From the NCBI GenBank assembly GCA_016935915.1, contig JAFGQB010000034.1:44869-108868 (forward strand): DNA of 64,000 bases, written 5' to 3'. The position numbers and the translations under genes were made by a program. How positions within the stretch are numbered: the stretch's first letter is position 1; each line of letters starts with the position of its first letter. The stretch comes from Spirochaetota bacterium (GTDB lineage: Bacteria; Spirochaetota; GWE2-31-10; JAFGQB01). The notes beneath the pieces are model-generated. The model saw only the letters and a list, made by a program, of their open reading frames with translations. It had not been told where the DNA came from and did no database searches. Shown in pieces: positions 51,188 to 61,100 of the stretch.

Positions 51188-54100
51188 TTAAAAATTACCG
51201 GATTTTTGAACAGCTCCGATATCAATTCCTATACCGGAGATAATTCGATTTTTTCCGAAAAAATCTTTTTCAGGTATTTTAATGGGAGAAACAATTTCGG
51301 TTATTCCTCCCTGAAGCAGAGGTGAATCAGTTTGGGGTATAAAAAAATCCTTATCATTTAGATTAAAATCATTTTCGAAATTATAATATACATTTTTTTC
51401 AACAAAATCTTTAATTATGTAATCGGCATCTTTTTTATTCAAATTTTCTTTTAATATTATATTTGAACTGACCACATTTGAATACCAGATTGGCTTAAAG
51501 GCATCATAATCAATATTATTCAAATATATGAAAGCATTGTTCTTTTCAAATTTATCGAAAAAATACAAACTGTTTACTGATGTTAAAGAGCTGAAATATG
51601 TAATCCAGAAACTAAAAGCTTTGTTTTTAATATTATGATTAAAAACCGAATTATTTGCTCCTTCAAAAGTGCATTGGTCCAATAAAAAATTAACACTTGT
51701 GGAACAGTTTTTATTATAAACAATAGATGTATTAAAAATTATTTTACTCTTAACACCCCTGAAATTATAAGAAAAATCTGAAATGTTTTCAGCCTTAACC
51801 ATACTCTGTTCAAAATGCAATTCCCCGTCAACTGAATTAAAACCAATAAAAGATGATGTTTTATCAGTCTGAAACAGTGATTTTGTCACTTTAACAATAG
51901 AATTTTTCCCTTCCAATAATTGTACTTTAAATGATTTTGTGCTTTGGACAAGAAAATCAGACTCATTAATAATAAAATTAGTTGAATTTAAATCATATAA
52001 CAAAGATTCAATATACTCTCCTTTTTGTTTATAAATTATATTATTGAAAGTTATTATTGATGAATCAATTTTTGCTATTTGTACTTTTTTTAATGCATCA
52101 ATATTTATCATGATATTATCGCAATTTAAGGTTTCTGCATTAATGATATCAAACAACAAAATATTTTTTGCTTTTACATTGATCTGTATATTTTTTAAAA
52201 TATTAGAGCTTGAAGAACTATTTAAAAAACAAAAGTTTTCAGGAAAATTATTACACGAAAAATTCATATTATTTACCCCTAATTTCCCTTTATTATTCTT
52301 AAATAAACAAAAATCATCAATGCCGCTATTATTAATTCTTAAATTGTATAATTTTACCTTACTGTTATCCATGGCAATCAAATTATTTCCAGATATAATA
52401 TTTATATGTAAATTCCGTAATTCTAAATAGCCTTTTTTATTTACATTTAACCAGTAGTATTTTTTCCTCCATAAAGCTTTTGTCTCAAATGAAATTTCCG
52501 GAATTTTTCCATCATCAAAAGGTTGAATAATTACATCATTTGCAATTTCTAAAGGCAGGGCAACTGTCAATTTGTCATTTAAAATATAAATTATTTTTAT
52601 GTTTTTTATTCTGCTGGCATCAATAGCTCTTTCCAATGAATTAAATGGAAAATCTTTTGTGCCGTTTCCACTGAATTTTCTGGTTGAATCAACAAAAAGA
52701 CCTCTTGTGTCAAATAATATTATAAAAGGCTCATTTCTCTCCTTTTCATTTCCGCTATCATCTGAAAATTTAGTATAAATGCTGATTTTAAATTCACTGC
52801 TTTGAGGAGGATATAATACGATAGGTGATTCATAAAGGAGCCAATCATTATCTTTTGAAAACCTGTAATATATTTTTCCGGTTTTTTCAGGATGAATAAA
52901 TTTAATTATCTGCTTTTCATTATGAATAGTGTTAAAATCAACACCTTCAGACGAAACATCCATATTTGGTATTTTTTTATCTATTTTAAAATAATAATCA
53001 TCACTTAAACCTATCAGATTGTCATTCTCATCAAATGCAGCGAATTTGATCTTATAAATTTTTTCTTCATTTGCATTAGCTGATATTTTTAAAATTCCAT
53101 TAAATTCTGGAGATTTATCAGTAACTGTAATAATTTTCTTTTCATCATGAATAATTTCATATCTTACTTTATTTAAAGGCATAATAAATTCAAATTCAGA
53201 GTCTGTGTTTAAACTTATATAGTTACCTAGATATTTTTTACTGACCGGAAGGATCATTTTTTCACTATATATTAAAAATGATCCTATTTTTTGCCCATTT
53301 GAATGATAAATATTAAATTCCACAGGATAGAGATCATTATTTTTAAAACTATATTGATTGATACAGGGCAATAATTCTGATTTTCCCTCTTTATCTATAC
53401 TGTTAAAATCAAAATAAAATTTTTCACTGCTTTCAAATGCATCAAATCTGACAACTGCACTTCCTTCAAATGTATAATTTTTATCTAAAAATTCCTGATC
53501 ATTTATATAAACCTTTTTTTCAGTTGCTTTATCTTTGAGTTTTTCCTCTTTATATCCATTTTCAAAAGTCTGTTCCAATGCAGTATCAATATCAACAGCT
53601 TTAAAATAAAACGGTCCTTCAATATCTGAATATTCTCCCTCTTTACCCATTGCATATGCTGCTATTCCGAATATTCCTTCTTTACCATATTTTGATAAAA
53701 GTTCAACAGGTTCATTATATATCTGCCATAGTTCAAATTTGTTTTGTGAAGGAGGACCGACGATGAGATCCTCGCTTTTCCATTCTCTCAACCAATAATA
53801 TACAACATCATCGGGATTATAAGGTTTAATTTTAATTTTATAACTTTGTTTGTATACCTGCCCCCAATATAACGAACCAAAAGAAGGCGGCTTTATTCTT
53901 TTAGAAGCAAAATTATATCCATGAACTTCAGTATATGTTTTACCCTCTTTTTCATAGCTCAGACTTACTAAATATACGGAATCATCATATAATTTTCTGT
54001 CAAGTTCAATATTCTGAACATTGATTGAATTATTTTTAACATCTAAGGGAAGTATAAATTCATTTTTTAAAATATTTATACTATAATTATTTGAATAAAA

Positions 54101-54547
54101 TTCATAACGGGCTTTAAATTTATCACTTTTAATATTCTGATCAATAATTTTTCTTTTTAAATAATCTATCTTTTTATAGTAACCTTTTTGAAACTTTTTG
54201 GTCATATCAATTCTGTATTTTCTTGAAAAAATTTCAATATTATTATTTTCCTTTTCTAATATCACAGTTATCTCATAATCAATAATATCCAGTTCTTTTC
54301 CTTTCAAAAATATTTCATTTTTATATTCTATAGGCTCGGCATTAGATAAAGTGCTGTTTATTAAATAATAAATTTTACCATAATCAGAATGAAGTATTAA
54401 ATAAATACTGTTATCATAAATACCTTCCTCGGGTTCCCATTTTACGGTTTCTACCGATGTTCTAAGAAAGTTAAATGGTTCATAAACAACTTCAGCATTA
54501 AGAGTTAAAAGGCTTTTAAAAATAATTAAAAAAATAAATTTCTTCAT
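51188..54547 (-). CDS. Large secreted protein with a probable right-handed parallel beta-helix domain.
   Basis: 1119 aa. Signal peptide KKFIFLIIFKSLLTLNA. Mid-to-C-terminal segment GNGTKDFPFNSLERAIDASRIKNIKIIYI resembles the beta-helix N-cap pattern (DGS-x-PF-x-I-x-A). Repetitive N-rich C-terminal region. Confidence 0.5.
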   Translation of the reverse strand: MKKFIFLIIFKSLLTLNAEVVYEPFNFLRTSVETVKWEPEEGIYDNSIYLILHSDYGKIYYLINSTLSNAEPIEYKNEIFLKGKELDIIDYEITVILEKENNNIEIFSRKYRIDMTKKFQKGYYKKIDYLKRKIIDQNIKSDKFKARYEFYSNNYSINILKNEFILPLDVKNNSINVQNIELDRKLYDDSVYLVSLSYEKEGKTYTEVHGYNFASKRIKPPSFGSLYWGQVYKQSYKIKIKPYNPDDVVYYWLREWKSEDLIVGPPSQNKFELWQIYNEPVELLSKYGKEGIFGIAAYAMGKEGEYSDIEGPFYFKAVDIDTALEQTFENGYKEEKLKDKATEKKVYINDQEFLDKNYTFEGSAVVRFDAFESSEKFYFDFNSIDKEGKSELLPCINQYSFKNNDLYPVEFNIYHSNGQKIGSFLIYSEKMILPVSKKYLGNYISLNTDSEFEFIMPLNKVRYEIIHDEKKIITVTDKSPEFNGILKISANANEEKIYKIKFAAFDENDNLIGLSDDYYFKIDKKIPNMDVSSEGVDFNTIHNEKQIIKFIHPEKTGKIYYRFSKDNDWLLYESPIVLYPPQSSEFKISIYTKFSDDSGNEKERNEPFIILFDTRGLFVDSTRKFSGNGTKDFPFNSLERAIDASRIKNIKIIYILNDKLTVALPLEIANDVIIQPFDDGKIPEISFETKALWRKKYYWLNVNKKGYLELRNLHINIISGNNLIAMDNSKVKLYNLRINNSGIDDFCLFKNNKGKLGVNNMNFSCNNFPENFCFLNSSSSSNILKNIQINVKAKNILLFDIINAETLNCDNIMINIDALKKVQIAKIDSSIITFNNIIYKQKGEYIESLLYDLNSTNFIINESDFLVQSTKSFKVQLLEGKNSIVKVTKSLFQTDKTSSFIGFNSVDGELHFEQSMVKAENISDFSYNFRGVKSKIIFNTSIVYNKNCSTSVNFLLDQCTFEGANNSVFNHNIKNKAFSFWITYFSSLTSVNSLYFFDKFEKNNAFIYLNNIDYDAFKPIWYSNVVSSNIILKENLNKKDADYIIKDFVEKNVYYNFENDFNLNDKDFFIPQTDSPLLQGGITEIVSPIKIPEKDFFGKNRIISGIGIDIGAVQKSGNF

Positions 54548-54655
54548 ATTTTTTTTATCGAAAAATTTTAATTAAAAAATTAATAAATCAAATAAAAGTT
54601 TAAACTAAATTAATTAAAAAATAAATAAAATTAAATAATTTATTTGAAAAAAAAA

Positions 54656-57259
54656 TTATTTATTTAGCTTTTTATGAAGCGTATAAAGATAATTTAGAGC
54701 ATCTATCGGGCTGAACCTGTTGATATCAAGAAATTTTATCTCATTAATCAAGTCAATTTCTTTTTTTTCTTTTTTAGAATTGTTGTAATCAAATAGAGTC
54801 AATTGTTGGCTCTTAATAATTTTTTCTATTTTATTATCTTCATTTTTTTTATCTTCAAGTTTTTTTAATATCCCTTCAGCAAAATAAATTATCTCTTCAG
54901 GAAGATGCGCAAGATTTGCAACATAAATTCCATAACTATGCTGTGATGGTTCTTCTATTATTTTGTGGAGAAATGTAATATTCTCTTTTTCTTTAGAAAT
55001 CGCAATGCTTAAATTTTTAATACCCTCTTTTATTGATAATTCTGTTAGTTCATGAAAATGTGTTGCAAACAGAGTTTTAGCGCCCAATATCTTCTTATTG
55101 TGTATGTATTCTAAAACAGCCCATGCGATTGATAATCCGTCATAAGTGCTGGTTCCTCTTCCTATTTCATCCATTATAATAAAACTTTTTTTTGTCGAAT
55201 TCTTTAATATATTGGCTGTCTCCATCATTTCAACAAGAAAAGTTGATTGACCTCTTGCAAGATTATCGGAAGTTCCTATACGTGTAAAAATCCTGTCAAC
55301 TATTCCTATAACGGCTTCTTCTGCAGGTACAAATGAACCAATTTGTGCCATTAAAACAATTAATGCATTCTGTCTTAAATAAGTGGATTTACCTGACATA
55401 TTTGGACCTGTTATAATCAAAAGATAATCTTTGTCGTTATCAATATCAAGGTTATTAGGAATAAATTCATTTATTCCTAATTTTTGTTCAACAACCGGAT
55501 GTCTGCCTTCTTTTATCAATATCTTATCGCTTTCATTCAATTCAGGTTTTTTATAATGATTCTTGATTGCTATTTTTGAAAAACTTATAAGAACATCAAG
55601 TATTGCAATTATTTTAGCATTATCTTGCAATTCTGTGATCTTTTCTAAAACCTTATCTTTAACCTCATAAAATATTTTTTCTTCAATTGCATTAATATCA
55701 TCTCTAACGGTTAAGATTTTAGATTCATATTCACTTAATTCTTTAGTAGTATATCTGTATGTATTAACCAGCGATTGGCGTAATATAAATGTATTATCAA
55801 TGTTTTTTGACTGAAGTTTAGAAACTTCAAAAAAATAGCCTAATACTTTATTATATTTAACTCTTAAGGTGGGCACATTGTATCTTGTTTTTATTGAATG
55901 CTCTATTTTATTTATATATTCTTTGCTTTTTAAACTTATCTCTTTAAGGTCATCAAGTTCTTTTGAATAGCTTTCTTTAACAATATTACCTTCATTGATA
56001 AAAGTCGCTGGTTCTTCTTTAATTGTTCTCTCTATCAAATCGATTAATTCTTCAAGTTTATTAAAATCAGTAAAAAGTTCATTAAGTATATTTATACTTT
56101 TTGCAGCATTATGTATTTCATTACAGCTTATCAATGACAATTTTATGCTTATCAGATCTTTTGGCGTAGCCTTATTCATCACAATTCTTGAACATAATCT
56201 TTCAATATCCATTACATTTTTTAAATTTTTATTAATAATATTCAGCTCGTGCTGATTATTATAAAAAAAATCAACGATTTGTTGTCTTTTTGTGATTTTT
56301 TTAATATCAACTAACGGCTGAATCAGCCATTTTCGCAATAACCTTGCGCCCATATTAGTTGATGTGTCATCCATAACTTCAAGCAGTGTATCTATTGATG
56401 TCTGATCTCTTAAATTTTTTGTGATTTCTAAATTTTTTATTGTTGTTTCATCAAGCAGCATTATTTCATTATTATTGTTAAAATTTAACTTTTTAATATG
56501 ATTCAATAAACCTCTAGCATTATCTTTTACATATTTCAATATGGTACCGGGTGTTGTTATATCCGTATTGTAATTTTTTAAATTCAAATCTTCCCATTTA
56601 TTGATATTAAAATGAGTAAAAATAAATTCTTTATTCTCATTATTTTCAAAGTACCATCTTGGAAACCTGTTGATTAATATAAATTCATTTTCTTCAAGAA
56701 TCTCTCTCAAATTTTTTTCATTTATCCAGATATCTTCAGGTATTAGTATCTCTTTTGGCATTATCCTGAACAATTCCCCTTTAAAAACAGAAAGATCGTA
56801 AGAATATTCAAATTCAATAAGATCAAAATCACCAGTTGAAAAATCCAGGCTGCAAAGTTCAAAAAAATTTCCTTTTTTATTAATTGCAGAAAGATAATTA
56901 TTAGTGTTATTTGTTAAAAGTTTTTCTTCAACTAAAGTCCCAGGAGTAAGTATTTGAGTAATATCTCTCTTAACTATTCCTTTTACAAACTTTGGATCCT
57001 CCATTTGTTCGCATATTGCGATTTTTTTACCGGATTTTATTATTTTAGCAAGATATATATCAACAGAATGGTAAGGTACACCACACATAGGAACTTCACC
57101 GCGTTTAGTAAGAGTAATATCAAGGATTTTGCTTGCTTCAATTGCATCATTGTAAAACATTTCATAAAAATCACCGCATCTGAAAAATAAATATGAATCA
57201 GGGATTTTTTCTTTGATTTCTTTATACTGTTTCATCATAGGAGTATCATTGTCATTCAT
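54656..57259 (-). CDS. mutS: DNA mismatch repair protein MutS.
   Basis: 867 aa. N-terminal mismatch-binding domain PMMKQYKEIKEKIPDSYLFFRCGDFYEMF. Walker A GPNMSGKST. Block STFLVEMMETANIL. Confidence 0.95.
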   Translation of the reverse strand: MNDNDTPMMKQYKEIKEKIPDSYLFFRCGDFYEMFYNDAIEASKILDITLTKRGEVPMCGVPYHSVDIYLAKIIKSGKKIAICEQMEDPKFVKGIVKRDITQILTPGTLVEEKLLTNNTNNYLSAINKKGNFFELCSLDFSTGDFDLIEFEYSYDLSVFKGELFRIMPKEILIPEDIWINEKNLREILEENEFILINRFPRWYFENNENKEFIFTHFNINKWEDLNLKNYNTDITTPGTILKYVKDNARGLLNHIKKLNFNNNNEIMLLDETTIKNLEITKNLRDQTSIDTLLEVMDDTSTNMGARLLRKWLIQPLVDIKKITKRQQIVDFFYNNQHELNIINKNLKNVMDIERLCSRIVMNKATPKDLISIKLSLISCNEIHNAAKSINILNELFTDFNKLEELIDLIERTIKEEPATFINEGNIVKESYSKELDDLKEISLKSKEYINKIEHSIKTRYNVPTLRVKYNKVLGYFFEVSKLQSKNIDNTFILRQSLVNTYRYTTKELSEYESKILTVRDDINAIEEKIFYEVKDKVLEKITELQDNAKIIAILDVLISFSKIAIKNHYKKPELNESDKILIKEGRHPVVEQKLGINEFIPNNLDIDNDKDYLLIITGPNMSGKSTYLRQNALIVLMAQIGSFVPAEEAVIGIVDRIFTRIGTSDNLARGQSTFLVEMMETANILKNSTKKSFIIMDEIGRGTSTYDGLSIAWAVLEYIHNKKILGAKTLFATHFHELTELSIKEGIKNLSIAISKEKENITFLHKIIEEPSQHSYGIYVANLAHLPEEIIYFAEGILKKLEDKKNEDNKIEKIIKSQQLTLFDYNNSKKEKKEIDLINEIKFLDINRFSPIDALNYLYTLHKKLNK

Positions 57260-58406
57260 AACTTTTAACCAGTTCCATGATTATTGAATCAATCTTTTTG
57301 CTATCAAGCTCTTCTTTCCTTTTTTTTGCATCTTTCAAGTTAAAATAGGGACCTATCAACAATCTGTAAAATATTTTATTTGAGCTGGCTGATTCAGTCC
57401 TGGAAATAAATATATCATTTAAACCTTTTAATCTGTAACTGTCCAATAAAATTTTTGCATTTTCATAATTTGATAGATATGATAGCTGCAAATAATATGA
57501 TTTCAAATTTATTAGTTCATTTGAAGAATCAATTTCAAGGGATAATTTTAAATCTGATCTAATTCTATTGTCATTTATTAATTCATTTTCATTATAATAG
57601 ATCAATTCATTATCATTTGTATTATTATTTTTTAACTTTTTTTTTATTATATAATTTTCAAATGAATCAGGAAAACCTTTGTTCAATTTATCTGAATAAT
57701 AATTAACATTGTCAATATCATTCATTTTCATATAGATCGTTATCAATTCAAATAAACAAGAAGCTACTATATCTGATGAGGAGTAATTATCTATACAGAA
57801 CAAAAGATTCTTTTCAGCTTCTTTATAGTTTCCGTTTTTTATGTTTATAATAGCGCTTAAATAAAAACATTCTGCTTTATTATATATATTTTCATCATCA
57901 GACAATAAATTATCAATTTCAATAATTGCTTCATGATAATTTTTCAATTTATTATGAATATTTGCAATATTATATGAAGATCTATAATAGTATTGATTAC
58001 CTCTTGAAAATTCTTTTAATTTTTCAAATTCTTTTAAAGCTTCCTTATAATTATTATTTAATAGATAAATTTTTGCCAATTCATATCTGGCAATGAATCT
58101 GAATCTGGAAACAGGAAACTCTATCAAAAAATCATTGTATTTTTGAACAATTTCATCATAATCCTGTGTAAGCCTTATAATTTTTAAAAATACTTTTTCA
58201 TCATTATTTACTTTTATATATTTTTGATAATATTCCAAAGCCTTATCATAATTGCCGTTATTCTCATAAATTAATGCATTTTTTAACAAATCATTAGTTT
58301 GATCTGAAAAAATATTAAATTTAATTAACAATAGATAAAAAAATAAAAAAAAATAAAATTTTATATTTAAGCTGCATCTAATTATTTTTTTATATCTTTT
58401 CTCCAT
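57252..58406 (-). CDS. TPR-repeat protein with a C-terminal SPOR (septal peptidoglycan-binding) domain.
   Basis: 384 aa. Signal/TM N-terminus. TPR-like Tyr/Asn/Ala repeats. C-terminal SPOR pattern YYLQLSYLSNYENAKILL...KIFYRLLIGPYFNLKDAKKRKEEL. Confidence 0.65.
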   Translation of the reverse strand: MEKRYKKIIRCSLNIKFYFFLFFYLLLIKFNIFSDQTNDLLKNALIYENNGNYDKALEYYQKYIKVNNDEKVFLKIIRLTQDYDEIVQKYNDFLIEFPVSRFRFIARYELAKIYLLNNNYKEALKEFEKLKEFSRGNQYYYRSSYNIANIHNKLKNYHEAIIEIDNLLSDDENIYNKAECFYLSAIINIKNGNYKEAEKNLLFCIDNYSSSDIVASCLFELITIYMKMNDIDNVNYYSDKLNKGFPDSFENYIIKKKLKNNNTNDNELIYYNENELINDNRIRSDLKLSLEIDSSNELINLKSYYLQLSYLSNYENAKILLDSYRLKGLNDIFISRTESASSNKIFYRLLIGPYFNLKDAKKRKEELDSKKIDSIIMELVKSYE

Positions 58407-59691
58407 ATAATGTATTTCCTTCTAATCTGACTGCTTTTATCTTATTAATACTTAAAAAACAACTGTTATCACCATTATATATTATCATCAGATCTTCTTT
58501 TGTTAAACCTAATATTTCATTTTCTGACTTTTTACTGAAGCATTCTGAAATAACTTCAAATTGATCATTTATTCTATTTATTTTGTTTTCTCTTGTTATG
58601 CTTCTCTGCAAATCAATAATTTGGGTAAGTCTATCTGTTTTTTCCTCCTCAGGAATATCATCAATATAATTATTTTGAGCAAAAGTATTTTCTCTAATAT
58701 TATATTTATACATATAGGCATCATCAAACCTTATCTGTTTTAAAGAATTATAAGTGTCCAAGTAATCATTTTCTGTTTCTCCCGGAAAACCAACAATGAT
58801 ATCTGTAGTTAAATTAATTTTAGGTATATATCTTTTTAATTTCTCCACTTTTTCCATAAAAGATTCTATAGTATATTTTCTGTTCATTTTTTTTAAAACA
58901 TTGTTGGATCCTGACTGAAGTGCAAGATGAATCCAGTTTGCTACTTTTCCCTCTTCTGCAACAACTTCAATCAAATCATCATTAAAATCTTTTGGATGAC
59001 TGGATAAAAATTTTATCCATTTGATATCAGTTTCTCTTGAAATCCTTTTTAACAATTCATTAAATGAAATATCATTATTTTCGCTTCCATAAGAGTTTAC
59101 GTTTTGTCCCAATAAAGTTACCTGTATCACACCTTTAGCTGCTAAATTATTTATATCGTTTATTATTTCATTTGAAGATCTTGATATTTCTCTACCTCTG
59201 ACATAAGGAACAATACAGTATGAACAAAAATTATTACATCCATGACTGATTGTTACAAATGCTTTTTTTGAATTATCTCTATCGGGGAATGAATTAGAAA
59301 ATTTTATCTGTTTTTCTTCTATATAAGCGATCTTTTTATCATGTCCATAATTTCTTAAAATATTTGCTATGTTATCCTTTTGATAAGTACCGATCACAAT
59401 ATCAACCGTATCATTAAATTTAAAAAAATCATTTCCTAACCGTTGAGCCATGCATCCGACAATAACAATTACAATATTTTTCTTTTTTTTCTGATTTTTA
59501 TAAAATCCCAGTCTTCCCCATATACGGTTTTCTGCTGTAATTCTAACAGAGCATGTGTTAATAATAATTATATCTGCATTATTATAATCATCGACTTGAA
59601 TATAATCATTTTCTAAAAGTTCATTTATGATGGCATTTGAATCTGCCTTATTCATTTGACAGCCATATGTCTCAATGTAAAAAAATCTCAT
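58390..59691 (-). CDS. miaB: tRNA methylthiotransferase, radical SAM MiaB family.
   Basis: 433 aa. MTTase N-terminus FYIETYGCQMNKADS. Radical SAM CNNFCSYCIVPYVRG. C-terminal TRAM-like region. Confidence 0.75.
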   Translation of the reverse strand: MRFFYIETYGCQMNKADSNAIINELLENDYIQVDDYNNADIIIINTCSVRITAENRIWGRLGFYKNQKKKKNIVIVIVGCMAQRLGNDFFKFNDTVDIVIGTYQKDNIANILRNYGHDKKIAYIEEKQIKFSNSFPDRDNSKKAFVTISHGCNNFCSYCIVPYVRGREISRSSNEIINDINNLAAKGVIQVTLLGQNVNSYGSENNDISFNELLKRISRETDIKWIKFLSSHPKDFNDDLIEVVAEEGKVANWIHLALQSGSNNVLKKMNRKYTIESFMEKVEKLKRYIPKINLTTDIIVGFPGETENDYLDTYNSLKQIRFDDAYMYKYNIRENTFAQNNYIDDIPEEEKTDRLTQIIDLQRSITRENKINRINDQFEVISECFSKKSENEILGLTKEDLMIIYNGDNSCFLSINKIKAVRLEGNTLYGEKI

Positions 59692-60395
59692 ATAGCTTGT
59701 TTATTTTTATAATTTATTTTTTCATTGATTTTGAATTTTATTTTACCATTCTCCTTGAATTCTTCAATAATTCCAAATGTATTATTACCAAGATAAACAA
59801 TACGTTGAGCAGGTTTTAATATATCTTTATTTTTTTCTTCTAACTCTTTTATTATACAATCGAAATGAAAATATTTATCATCTTCATTCATTATTGCAGT
59901 TGACATTTCAATAATCTTTTTTTTACAATAAGCACACGATTTTTCTTTAAGTTCATTTACTTTATAAATACTAATCTTCTTTCTAAAAGAAGGCAGTTTA
60001 ATATTTTTCTGTTCAATTAAAGTTTTATTAAAATTATTTTTATTTTCCCTAAATAATCTTTGAAGCTCACTTTTATTTTTAATGTTTTCTCTTTCTTCTC
60101 TATTTTGTCTTCTGTTTCTATTATCTTGTATATATCTGGAATTTCTTACAGAGCTATTCCTTTTCTGATTATTAAATAAATTAAAAAACTGTCCGTTGCT
60201 TTTTTTCTTTTTGTTCTGCTGTTTATTATCAATTTCATTACTTCTTACAACATTAGTAGACACAAATTTTATTTTATCGTTAACTGCTGGAGGCGGATTA
60301 TTATCCTTGTTTTTTTCCTTAATTCTATTATAATTATTTCGATTATCTTTATGTCTATTATTGTTCCTGTAATTTCTTGAGTGTTTATATCTCAT
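59688..60395 (-). CDS. Hypothetical protein with an Arg/Asn/Lys-rich disordered N-terminal half and a C-terminal Cys/His zinc-ribbon-like domain.
   Basis: 235 aa. The first 120 aa are low-complexity and basic (RNYRNNNRHKDNRNNYNR...). C-terminal CAYCKK...HFDC. RBS AAGGAGAT. Its start overlaps the upstream small ORF stop (ATGA). Confidence 0.45.
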   Translation of the reverse strand: MRYKHSRNYRNNNRHKDNRNNYNRIKEKNKDNNPPPAVNDKIKFVSTNVVRSNEIDNKQQNKKKKSNGQFFNLFNNQKRNSSVRNSRYIQDNRNRRQNREERENIKNKSELQRLFRENKNNFNKTLIEQKNIKLPSFRKKISIYKVNELKEKSCAYCKKKIIEMSTAIMNEDDKYFHFDCIIKELEEKNKDILKPAQRIVYLGNNTFGIIEEFKENGKIKFKINEKINYKNKQAI

Positions 60396-60526
60396 ATACC
60401 CAATATCTCCTTGGTAATCAATAGAGCAATTCTGGATATAGCTAATTGAAGATAAACTTCTGTCATAATTTTAATCTTTAATTCTTTTATTCTGATTGGA
60501 TTTCTAGGTCTTGCTTTTTTAACCAT
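60392..60526 (-). CDS. Candidate small protein of 44 aa with a basic N-terminus and a hydrophobic C-terminus. Not in the ORF track.
   Basis: My translation: MVKKARPRNPIRIKELKIKIMTEVYLQLAISRIALLITKEILGI. RBS GAGGGT lies 8-9 nt upstream. Its TGA overlaps the ATG of the next gene. Confidence 0.3.
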   Translation of the reverse strand: MVKKARPRNPIRIKELKIKIMTEVYLQLAISRIALLITKEILGI

Positions 60527-60553
60527 AAATGATTACCCTCGATTTAATTATTT

Positions 60554-60910
60554 TTAATCTAATAATTGATCTTTTAGCCATTCTATTTTATAACTATTTA
60601 AGTTATATAAAAAAATCAGCAGAATGTCAAATCTACATTTTTTAAAATCATTAAAATTTTGTAAAAATGTTTCAGCTGTCTTTTTTATCCGCTTAATTTT
60701 TTTCGCATCAACAGCTTCAATCGGGAAACCGTAATTAAAGTTATTCCGTAATTTGACTTCTACAAATATTATCGTCTCATTCTCTAAACCAATTAAATCA
60801 ATTTCTCCATATTTAGTAAAATAATTTTCATTAATTATTTTAATTCCATTCTTTTTTAAAAAATTCAACGCTATTTTTTCTCCTAATCTACCGAATTCTT
60901 TTTTAGTCAT
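60554..60910 (-). CDS. yraN: YraN-family (UPF0102) endonuclease-like protein.
   Basis: 118 aa. GRLGEKIALNFLKKNG...YGEIDLIG...IIFVEVKLR matches the YraN pattern. Confidence 0.8.
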   Translation of the reverse strand: MTKKEFGRLGEKIALNFLKKNGIKIINENYFTKYGEIDLIGLENETIIFVEVKLRNNFNYGFPIEAVDAKKIKRIKKTAETFLQNFNDFKKCRFDILLIFLYNLNSYKIEWLKDQLLD

Positions 60911-61100
60911 GAAATTACCAGTTTAGCTAAAATATTCTTAAAAGTTATGGACTCACCCTTTGTTTTTTATTCCTAAATATTGTTTAAAAAAACTAACTTT
61001 CACATGATTAAAATTTATACAATTTTCATTATAAAATCATTATTTAAAATATATTTGATTTATAAAAATTACTAACAAATAAAGTGAATGATTTTTATAA

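Noticed and set aside
31-57259. mutS2 and mutS as a recent duplication or repeat.
   Set aside because: The two proteins share only the MutS ATPase core. One has the mismatch-binding N-terminus, the other the Smr C-terminus. They are ancient paralogs, not a duplication.
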